A stretch of DNA of 64,000 nt from Eledone cirrhosa (taxonomy: Eukaryota), in assembly GCA_964016885.1 (NCBI GenBank), contig CAXHJY010000688.1, positions 1-64,000 on the forward strand. The letters run 5' to 3'. Shown in pieces: positions 53,149 to 64,000 of this stretch (within the stretch, counting starts at the first letter, position 1; each line of letters starts with the position of its first letter). The position numbers and the translations under genes are program-made. The notes under the pieces are model-generated. The model saw only the letters and a program-made list of their open reading frames with translations, was not told the DNA's origin and made no database searches.

Positions 53149-55540
53149 TTTTGTCATAATTTCATGTAAGAACATTTAAGTTATGTTCCAAACAGCAGCT
53201 TAATAATTAGAAAGTTAGTTGTATTACTTAATCCTTCCAAATTCTTGGTTATTTACAAAATTATTTGAAAATCATACGCAGTGTTTTCCATTAAAAGTAT
53301 GTTAGTAAAAGAGTTAAACATATTTTGATTTTTTTTTTTAAATAAAAAAAACATCTACCAATTCATGTGTTTATCTCGTGCCATTAACCCTTTCATTACC
53401 ATATTTCTAATGACAATGCCAATGGTTTTCAAATAATTTTCAAAATAAATCTGGAATTTTGGGGAATTTAGTAATATAATTAACTTTCCCTTTCGATGAA
53501 GAGTGGCATTTTATTACAGGTAATTCAACCTGTAAGCTACCAAAGTACTACACAATTATACAATGATTCTGATCTCTACACAAATCAGCTGTATTTTTCT
53601 CCATCTCACTATTTACAACTTGGAAAATGGGAAAAATTAAATATCTTTGTCAGAACAATACCAGTGCTAGGATATAGATGATCAAATATTCAGCTTACAG
53701 GCCAACATCCTAATTCAAATATATTATAAAAACAAAATTAATGAAAACAAAAGAGGAAGCATTAAAGAAAAGCAGATCTAGCTGTATAATAAAGGAAAGG
53801 ACTATAAATGCCATAAATGAGAAGAAAGGGAGAAAAGATTATCAGGCAACGGAAGAAAGAGAAGGGGAAAGGGTGAGACTTTCAACTAGTTCAATATTTA
53901 TTTCATCTCGACCAAACCGAATGAGATTATCTGCTAAGCTGGATAGAGACTTAACAATTTCAATACAATATTTCTAATGGCATACACTGTATTTTTAATA
54001 ATTAATAAAGAATTTGATGGGATTTACTAAAGTTATTTAATATTAAGACAATATTTGTAACATAACGAAAGATTTTAATGAAAAAAATAATGTTGGAAGG
54101 TTTCAATTTAAATAGGAACTTTTTTTTTAATGGTTGGTTTTGTTTCACAGAAGCTGAGCCAGTTTTAGCTAAGAAGGTATCAAAAAGTTTTTAAGATGGT
54201 AAATATACTGATCTGAGACAATATAGATGAGTAAGAAAAACAATAATTATGAGGGAGGAACCAAGAAGTCTTAGACTTTCAAAGAAGTAGAATTAAGAAA
54301 ACTAATTATTTTGTTTTTCTGAAAGGCAATATAAATGAAGTATGTTTTCAAGATATACACTATCTCCATTATAGTAAGATGTTTATACAATACCATAGTG
54401 TGCTGCATTAACATTTTCAAGGAACCATATCCATGTGTTAGGTTAATTCTCAACATCTTGTAATGATTTTAAACAGAAAATGCCTAAAAACAAGTTTGTT
54501 CATTCAAATGTTTATACTATCATTATTAGTAAGCAGATGGTCATCAAAATTTGCAGCTTTAGAGAAAAGACTTTAATTCTTTAATATGATGCAGTCAAAG
54601 TGCTGGCATGTACTTTTTTTTTTTAATGTCTTGCTAATGCGGTTTCGTGCGGTACAGGATATTAAGAGTTAAATACTAATTAATATACATTTTTAACATT
54701 TACAAGTTATAATTGTTTGACATTCTGAATTGAACCTGGTTGTCCTTCAAAAGGGCACTTATTAGTCTTCCTTTAATATGAGGATATGGTTACATCTAAT
54801 TCTTAGCCGAAAATCAGGATTAAACATAATGTATGTAGATTACTGAGGTTAGACTACTCATAAGCGGTTAAATCCTATGTTATAATACAGACAGGAAGGG
54901 CAAACAAAACATTCAGTTTATTAAGTTTGTGATTTTGTCATCAAGTATTTGAATGAAACACATTTTAAAAGTTAAAAAATATTTTATATATATATATACT
55001 TTTTTTTAATCATTTTTTTCTTAAAAACAAAAAACCATGACTGAATTCATATCTAACAAAAGTTTAGATTTTAACTGTCTTTGATTATCTCTCTAAAACC
55101 TCTATTTTAACATGCTATTATTATATGTACAGATACTCTGTCTCCTTATCCATAGATATCTTCTCAAACTGTTTTTTTTTTTTCTAATCCCTGTTCTGTG
55201 TGAATCTTTTTTAAAAGTGGCAGGCTTGTATAGTCTTTAACCCACATGGATCCCACAAGTTGTTTTATACCAATAAACACAATACAGTCCAAATGAGCAG
55301 CAAAGTATACCAAGTTTTATCCACCTTATTGCACAGATCAGATGCATAGACATTATACAGCAAACAATACATGTGTTCATGATAAGACACATGAGATTGA
55401 TCGCTGGACATTACTTGAAAGGACAAAGTAAGAAACAGCAGCATCTTAGAGAAAGTTTAGCTTTCTATTGAAGAAATATTGCTACAGTAATTCTACTACC
55501 TGCTTAGAAGTGTCCAAAGAATAAAGAAATCTCAAATACA

Positions 55541-55766
55541 CCCTCTAGCATTTAAACCGGCCGTAACCAGCCAAAAGTCTCTCACCTCTTTCTGTTCAAA
55601 CCAGCTGTAACTGGTCGCTCATACCTACATTAAGGTATTGTTCTCAAAATAAATAACATCAAAATCTCATAGATTCATTATTTTATGTGAGATAATTATG
55701 TGAGGTAAAGCCTTTACCATGAAAATACAATAATATATATAGAGTAATGTAAATGCTAAAGGGTTA
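55541..55766. mobile_element. piggyBac-like MITE
   Basis: ccctctagcattta ... taaatgctaaagggtta inverted ends. Confidence 0.6.
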
Positions 55767-55960
55767 GGACAAATACTCTAATCACAACTAGTGGCATGGG
55801 ATATGAGGATAGATTACAACTGAAATATAAGAATATCATTAAAAAATACAAGGAGATTAAATATTGATGTCTACAGCAACACAAGACAGAAACCTGTCGC
55901 ACGAGCAATTCATTTTATATATGAAACAGTCATCGTTGATATTAATGAGCAGCCAATGAT

Positions 55961-56007
<47 letters not shown>

Positions 56008-56473
56008 CATGAAGTACAAGTCAACAGGTTAGAATTTACTTCGTTTATTCATAATCGCTGTTATATATATTTTAGTGATAACTTATGCAACAATTATGAC
56101 CTCATCAAATAGCTAAAAGTGGAGTGCTCTATCCTGCATACATTGTTTTAACATCCATTTTTCCCTGCAAGCAACGGTTGGACCTGACTACATAGACCTA
56201 GTCAGTACTGAAGCAATGGCTACTGATCTCCCAGACAAGCCAGGAATCTGTCACAGCACTTATGTATGGTCTCACATTCTACCAGATGCACAAGAGAGGT
56301 TATCACATCTTTGACACAACCAAGGGTCCTCCCAAACCTTTGTTTGGCAAGCTTTCTACAGCTGGATGACCTTCCTATCACCAACTACTTTAGTGTATAC
56401 TGAGTGTGTTTATTGTGTGTGTGTGTGTTTATTGTGTGCGTGTGTGTGTGTGTGTGGTGTGGTGTGTATGTAT

Positions 56474-56655
56474 GTGGATTGGCAGTATAGGTAGAGAGTC
56501 GGGCGCCATGCTTTCCAGCATAGTTACGTCCCTTTACGATCTGAGTTCAAATCCCACCGAGGTTAACTTTGGCTTTCATCCTTACGGGGTCGATAAAATA
56601 AAGTACCAGTAATGTACTGGATATTTGCTGGCCTTGTGCCAAATGTAGAAACAAT
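56474..56655 (+). mobile_element. tRNA-derived SINE (same family as 49612)
   Basis: B box gagttcaaatcc and shared downstream domain. Confidence 0.8.
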
Positions 56656-57528
56656 TATTTTCCATCTATTTTTCTGTGCTGGGTTTGACAAGTCAGTCAT
56701 TCAAAGTTACTGCCTTCCTAAATGGATCAAGACCACATCTTCCATTTTTTTTTTTTTTTTTTTTTTTGCAATGATTGAATGCCCTTCACTTTACAAAGTG
56801 TGCTGGATGCATTTCTCTTTTTTTTTTTTTGTAGCACCAAAACTAGAGAGGTTATCATACCTCTAGCAATACTAGAGTCCTCCTTACACTATGCTCTCTC
56901 TACATTTGTTTGCCAACAGCTTTCTGTACTAGCTTGGCTTGTTATTGTCAAATCAGTTCTTATTCAGATTTAATATCCTCCTAGATGGATCAAGGAACCA
57001 CATTTTATTTGTATATTCCAATTTTTTTGGTGTGGTTTCTACAGTAATTTATCATTACACAAGTGTTGAGGTTGTCAACAAGACTAAAGACTCCTCACTA
57101 TCCTATAGTATCTCAGTTAAATCAAACATTTTATAGAATTTATTGGGTGCATTTTATTATGATGCCATTACGAGAGAGTCCTCTCCATTCAATATCATCT
57201 CTTATTTTTCAAGGCAAATATGCCCAAGAGTTTAATTTGAATACGGGAATAGTGGCAGAGAGAGAGATAGAGAATTCAGGGAGAGAGAGGGGTGTTCAAG
57301 GAGAGAGAGAGGAGGGGGATTCAAGGAGAGAGTATGAATATGACCATGAAAAAGAAAAAAGTGAAAGGATAGCATAGAAGTGAGAGGAGGAGGAAGGAGA
57401 ATGATAGCTACATGTTGGTTGTTGGTAGAAGGGTGGTTGAGCCAATGAGTGTGTGATAGTAAGAGAGAGCTGGTGGTGAATAGCAACTAAGAAATATGAT
57501 GGTGAGACTAGTGGATAACATCTAAAAC

Positions 57529-58860
57529 AATTGTTATATTTGGGGAGGGTCGTGTTATAATATTGCCAGAAAAATATTGTAAAACACACTCAGTTTGGTT
57601 TGGTTTGGGTTTCGCTCCAGTACAGGAATACAATGGAAAGAAACAGAAACATCACTGATGATGTGACAGTTATGTGATGAAAGAACTCCGAGAAACTATA
57701 TTAATATTTATAAATTTAACTGTTGGTCAATCAATGATAAATATTGATTACCAGCTGAATTAATTATATAAATATATATTAAAAAAATATATATATATAT
57801 AAAAATATATATAAAAAAATATATATATAAAGGGCAGTGCCCCAACATGGCCTCAGCCAGATGGCTGGAACAGGTAAAAGAGTATATATAGTTATACATA
57901 CATACATGGTGGCTGCCAACTCGTTTTCGAGTACGGCCACTACTTTATATACATGTAGGAGAACCCCTACCGATGCGCTGAACGAGTGTGACTTTTTAGT
58001 CCAGCCAGCGACTTGAAAACTCTGGTACAAACACTACACTTGTGACAATTATTGACACATAGTGCTTTGCCTTTGGTACCATGTGACGACAAGTGCAGAG
58101 AGATCTCCAGATATAAAGCAATGCCTGTGCCGTGAAGCTTTTATAGTGAGCAAAGGCACTGCACAAAGCCAGTCCCACTCTCTTAACCAAGATGATATTT
58201 ACCAAAAAGAAGAACAAGTCAACATCACTGGATACCATCAGGGTTGCAGGTTTTATATCAGAGTTTTCTTTCTCCTAGAATTCTGCTCTGACAAAGGCTA
58301 AGGGGTCATCTCTCCCAGTGATTTTGGATGGCCATTGACTCTTAAGAGCTCCTTTGACAGGTTTTGTTTTTGGTCCTGCAGGATGTCCAAAGTCACCCTC
58401 CTCACCAAGAAACCTTGGTGGGGTTGCCAGTTTAGTCGCCAACGACCCGACCATGAGACAGGTTGTACTGGGATACATGTAACCAGTTGCACTAACTTGT
58501 GACCTGACATACATACATACATACATACGTACATATATATATATATATAAATAAAAACACAGCCAACTGTATACAGTAAACTAAATGTGTGCACTCTGAA
58601 CAGTTGATTGCAGCTGCATAACTGCAATTTGCCAGATTCATTGAATGAGCTAGACGCTGGCCGAGGGATGCTGAATTTATACCAGCAATCTTCGTTACTT
58701 TTGTTATATATATATATACTGTAGCGAAAACCAACCGAAACCAAACAGTGAGTGTGTTTTACTATATTTTTCTGGCAATATTATAACAATATGACCCTCC
58801 CCAAATATAACAATATCAGTTTCAACTCACAATTTCATATGAAAAACCTTGCAAAACAAA
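57529..58860. mobile_element. PLE-type relic with inverted termini (57529-57622 / 58717-58813), containing nested insertions
   Basis: Same terminal family as 3097 and 52093; hammerhead-like tca-CTGATGA...GAAAGAACTC at 57652-57690. Confidence 0.7.
57907..58507 (-). mobile_element. Non-autonomous ~600-bp retroelement, copy 3; candidate HDV-like ribozyme at 58427-58504
   Basis: Matches copies 1 and 2; flanked by catacat and (CATA)n. Confidence 0.85.
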
Positions 58861-60232
58861 TACATCGCCCTCACAGCTAAAACAGTGGAACAGTGGAAGT
58901 GTGGATATGAGAGTAACATGGCATGCTGGTTGTAGGCAAGAGATTGAGCAATAGGGGTGCATATCATGGTGTTAGGATAATAGTGATGGCAACAGAGAAG
59001 TGCAATGATAAGTTGTAAATGACAGACTAAGTCACATGGTGATGAAAATGATGGTTATGTCATTGGTATTGTGTAGAGAGATGGGAAGATGGATAAATGT
59101 CAATGAGTCACAATACATATAAACACACATACATGCATAAGATACATACATACATAAGATGCATATATACATACATACAATACACATGCATACATACATA
59201 AGGTGCACACACACATACCTAAGATACATATATACATACGCTACGTAACATACAAACATAAGATACACACATACCTAAGATACATACATACACACACACA
59301 TACTCAAGATTCATATATAAAATACATACATAAGAGACATACACACACCAGATACACACATACAAGATACACACCAACACACAAGACACACAAACAATAT
59401 ACACACACACACAAGACACACACAAGACACACAAGACACACACAAGACACACACACTTTTACTTGCTAAATGTAAAAATGCAGTAAATATTACACAATAT
59501 ATTATTCAGGTACTATCAAAATCAAAAGGTAGTATACCATGTACACTAGAATATATACTGATATGAATATAAGCCAACCCCTCTATGTTATGGCTGAGAA
59601 ATGGGCAAAAATCAAAACCCTATTTACATACAATTTGAAGTTGGTGAAAATTGTTAAAATGGTTATGTAGGTGACCTGAGGTCGTTGACATGTTGGCCTT
59701 GCTTCCAGGACAACCCCAGGCCATATGCATTCACACTGCCTATCTTGAGTGAGGTCATAATCTATTAAGAGGAGAAAGATAAAATAGCACCCAGTACACA
59801 CAGTAAATATGGTTGGCATTAGGTAGTGTATCTAGTCATAGAAACCATGCTAGAAACAGTTATGTATGAGCAAGATATGGTCATCTGATCTGGTTTGTCT
59901 CACAGCAGGACAACTCCTCTAACACATGCTATCATGATGATGATTGACCACCAAATATAAGCTGAACCCACCAACCATCGATGTTTTGGTTACACATTCC
60001 TCCGTTTATATTTGAGTATATACAAAAAGTTTGATATTTTTGTAAAAGCACTAGACCTTACAGAAGCTGTGATACTAATGCCTTTCCAATGGACACAAGT
60101 AATGAGAAATGAAAATGTTTGAACCAAGAATCAACACTAGCTTCATGATTGATTTTACTTTGACTTTATAACATTTATTTGTCACAATACATTATCATAC
60201 AATATATTGATTTCCAACAAGGGGTGAAAAAG

Positions 60233-60556
60233 GGTAAAGGGTAAAGACCCCCTTTGGTCACGAATGACCATGGGATTTGTCAAGGCACAAGTCCGGGCAA
60301 CAAGTGTTTGTTGAAGACTAGCAATCACCCATACATACCAGCCTCCCTCTCCATGCCACCAATGTGGTCCAAGGTTAAGGCAATGGCCGATACAGCTTGG
60401 CACCAGCGACATCACAGCACGTTTCTACAGCTGAATAAACTGGAGCAACTTAAAATAAAGAGACTTACTCAAGGACACAACACACAGCCAGGTCTGGGAA
60501 TAAAACTCACAACCTCATGATTATAAGCCCAACTCTCTAACCACTAAGCTATACAC
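60233..60556 (-). mobile_element. Full-length tRNA-derived CORE-type SINE
   Basis: Minus: tagcttagtggttagag A box, gtgagttttattcc B-box-like, ccttgagtaagtctctttatttt..gttgctccag; (ctttacc)n tail. Confidence 0.75.
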
Positions 60557-61271
60557 TTTCAGGGAGGAGGGGTGGGGGGTATAATCAATTAATTTGAACC
60601 CAGTATGACTGGTACTTTGTTGGATTTTTTTTACTTCAGAATGCAAAGATCTGTAGCAAAACATCACAGGGTATTTTACCTGATGTGCTATTAATTCTGT
60701 CATCTCAATACCTTTATAATATATTGCCAAATATTTCAGACTAACAAATGTTTTACTCTTAAACATCAACAAGAATATACCATTTCTTGATATGTAAACC
60801 CAGAAAACCTAATTGGTTGTCAGCTTCCTCACTTCTCAACATTTGTTTTAAGAAACAATTTGGATTTTTAAAAAAATAAACATAGAATGTTAAGTTACTT
60901 TATATATATATATATATATATATATGAGATAATAAGATAAGTTCAAAGAATCATTAGATAAAATATATACAGTATTTCCTCTCCCAATCAGTATAAATCA
61001 ACTACACAAAAAAATCATTTAAACGAGGCTATAAGTTTAAAATGTACTTATGAAGAAATAATAGACAAATGATATAGCTTCTTTTCCGTGACTTACAGCT
61101 ACAAAATATTTACCTAATATTCCTACTAGCCTGTAGAAATTGACTAGTTGCCAAAAACATATATATGTATCTATGAATTTATATATACCCTTTAAATTTA
61201 ATATATACCCATGCTAGCGTGTAAGATGGACGTTAAATGATGATGATGATATATATATATATATATATATA

Positions 61272-62400
61272 TCAGCAAAACTATATGGAGGAGAAGGCAA
61301 TACATTTAAAAACAAGATTTACTTCTTACACAGTGTTTCATCTAAAGTACCATTACAGGTCTATATATATGCATATCCATATATATTATTATAAAGCTCA
61401 TGCACTTCAGAATCTTCAGAGAAGAAATTTTATTGTCTTTAATGATGTTGCTGGAGGAAAGTCCAATCTGTATAACAGCAAAACGAATTTATCATTTAAT
61501 GGTATAATTAATCCTTCAGATGAATGCTTAGAGACAAATATACATCGGCGTTCATACCTTGATCTGTAATACGTTTAAACGGAGAACAAACTTATTTATC
61601 TAAAATGGAGGCTATAAAGGGGCATAATTATCTAAGTGCAATAACTGTGGTATATTTAAAAAAAAATTAATTATAACTTGCCAAAGTTAAGTGACATTGA
61701 GAGTAGATGTTAGGTGGTGTGTTGGGGGCCAAGGTGGTGTGTTGGGGGCCAAGGGGGCCAAGGTCTTTAATTAAGTCATCAATTATAAGCTGCAGTGGTC
61801 TAGCATTTATTAAGGTGGGGAAGAGGGAAAGGAGAAAAATACTTTTTAAAAAAAATTTTAGATATCCTAACTACTCTATAGAAAATAGCTAATAGGGTTG
61901 AGGGAGGAAATTGAGGCTGAACATTTTAGATGGCTATATGAGATCATAGGCTCTGTTAGAGAAACAGTAGGGAAGCCTGTGTGAGCAATTGATTACTGCT
62001 TCGGCTCTACTGTTAATAAGTGTAGGTGCGGAGCTTGTCATATAATATGCCCCATCAGACACAAATTACATTTCTTCTTAAAGTTATAAGAGGCTGCCCT
62101 CTCTATTATACTCCATTGGGTTGTGTAACTAGTGTTGGAATCTATTAATTGAGTAATATAGTTTGTGAGAGAAGTTGAGAACTTGAGTTTTCTATTTTTA
62201 AACGAATGGAGATGAGATCTAAATCCAGTTTTGAATTCATTAGAGGTAGCTCCTATGGACGATTTAATATTATTATCTGTAGTGACTGTGCACTAATAGA
62301 TTACATTACTAACTAGGCAATGACCCTGAAGTGGACAGTTTCTAGGGGTACTATAATTACAGTTCTTGTGGTTATTTTTTACTATTGTATTCTGTCAATC
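61272..62400 (-). mobile_element. PLE 3' relic with GIY-YIG remnant (~61960-62370)
   Basis: NCN..PRNCPLQGHCLVSNVIY*CTV..SIGATSNEFK..H..SF and CNLC on minus. Confidence 0.75.
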
Positions 62401-62607
62401 ATTTAAGCTATGGTTATTTACATCAAATCACGTGCTAGTATTATGCATGTTAGCGTTATAATCATTGCCACAATGGCCACCATCATAACCATCACTAATA
62501 GTAAAGGAATCAATATTACTATTATCATTAATACCGCCATAATAATTACTATTAATTACAATAACTATTACAATACCATTATTACAATAACTATATATAT
62601 ATATAAG

Positions 62608-63131
62608 TATAATAAAATAACAGGAGGCTGGAGTTGTGTAAATCCTTGAAAGGTTTATTATACTATGATCATTTCAATGACCGGGTTCCGTATGAATCCG
62701 GTGATATCATCAGGTATTCGAAATATAATAAATGCATGTAACAGATAAAATCCATGGGGCTGAAAATCATAGACTCGAGGACCGCTGGCTAAAGTGGAAG
62801 ATGCTAGATGGTCGGTTGTCCTCAAGTCTATGATTTTCAGCCCCATGGATTTTATCTGTTACATGCATTTATTATATTTCGAATACCTGATGATATCACC
62901 AGATTCATACGGAACCCGGTCATTGAAATGATCATAGTATAATAAACCTTTCAAGGATTTACACAAGTCCAGCCTCCTGTTATTTTATTATAATATTTAT
63001 CTCCGTACTCGCACCACCAACTACACAAACGAAGACGGTTGAGCTGCTTTACGTTGAGTACTCCCCATATTATTACATCAAGATTGACCATACGGAATGA
63101 CCAGCTCTATCCAGTGGTGAACCTTCAAACC

Positions 63132-63133
<2 letters not shown>
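62608..63133. mobile_element. Miniature PLE foldback (arms 62608-62782 / 62818-62992, right tail) with hammerheads in both arms
   Basis: ~175-bp near-perfect inverted arms; (TA)n flanks. Confidence 0.8.
62883..62940 (+). ncRNA. Type I hammerhead ribozyme (mirror copy 62660-62717, minus)
   Basis: atac-CTGATGA-[extended stem II acc.gattc/gaacccggt]-GAAATG-at-CATA-gtat; palindromic helix III atgatcat. Confidence 0.65.
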
Positions 63134-63172
<39 letters not shown>

Positions 63173-63189
63173 CTAAATTAACTCCGAGA

Positions 63190-63504
63190 TCAGAGTCACT
63201 CCAGGTAGAGCCACTACTATGAATAGAGAGATCACAGCTTCCGCTACTATGGGCATGTGGTTAGAATGTCTCAGGAAAGAATCGTTGAACAGATTTTTCA
63301 AGAAAAACCAAACCAACCGGCAGGAGACCCAGGAGTAGCCCCTCAGCAAGATGGTTGGATAACATCTATGAGCTTGGCTGGTCTCACTTATGGAACAAGC
63401 TAGATCAGTTGGAGATGGTTGCTTCTGACAGGACCCACCGGAACGAGTATTTGAAGACTGCCACCACAACCCTCTCAGGAATAAGTGGGCTAAGAAGAAG
63501 AAGA
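63190..63504 (+). mobile_element. LINE 3' end with (GAA)n tail
   Basis: GHVVRM and RW.DNI-like remnants; ends aataagtgggctaagaagaagaaga. Confidence 0.65.
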
Positions 63505-64000
63505 CTAAATTCGCAAAAGGATTAGTATAATCTATCATTTAAAAATTCATATATAATAATGAATATTCATATATAATAATGAATATTCTTGAAGTTCATC
63601 TAATCCATGAAGTCTGTAATACAATGATCTAAATAATCTAACTATCAACTGTAAGAAGTATGTATTTTACCAAAGATTTTAAATACTTTCTAATTTTGAA
63701 GTAACACATGTTTGTTCTCAAATGTTGCAACTGGCACAGTTTAGACCAATAAATTATTCTCTCTTGTTACTTTGCTTCTGGTTATCGTTTCTTACTATTT
63801 AGGGATTCTGATTTAAATACTGTATATACTCGAATATAAGCTGACCCCTATTTTATATCTGAGAAATGGGCAAAAATCTAAACCCCGTTTATAAACTGGA
63901 GAGAAAGGCAGAGCTTGGACAAGCTGAGAGAAATGCTGGGTTTAAGAGGAATCTGTAGTGGTGTACAGGAGAGAATACTCAGTTAGTATGGGCATGTGAT

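Noticed and set aside
53860-53975. Minus-strand frame IEIVKSLSSLADNLIRFGRDEINIELVES as a host exon
   Set aside because: No recognisable homology and no splice donor before the stop

Overview
AT-rich eukaryotic window made almost entirely of transposable elements and simple repeats. No host protein-coding exon could be supported. The SINE/RTE repertoire and giant (TA)n/(CATA)n tracts suggest a cephalopod (octopus-like) genome, which is inference only. Positions 0-24 kb are a microsatellite-hosted pile-up of RTE-clade LINEs in both orientations. One near full-length copy (12576-15806, minus) has a single in-frame TGA, and the copies carry a C4HC3 PHD-like finger inside the RT. Positions 24-64 kb hold many Penelope-like element (PLE) relics with inverted termini, a non-autonomous LTR element (36142-39016) and a non-autonomous Helitron (40389-42897) with a spliced STPR-repeat mini-gene. 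MITEs, tRNA-derived SINEs and CRE-type relics are also present. The most notable signal is a high density of ribozyme-bearing non-coding retroelements. Several miniature palindromic PLE-derived elements carry type I hammerhead folds on both strands, and a ~600-bp three-copy (CATA)n-associated element has a candidate HDV-like ribozyme at its exact 5' end. All structures were derived by eye; none were computed or database-checked.
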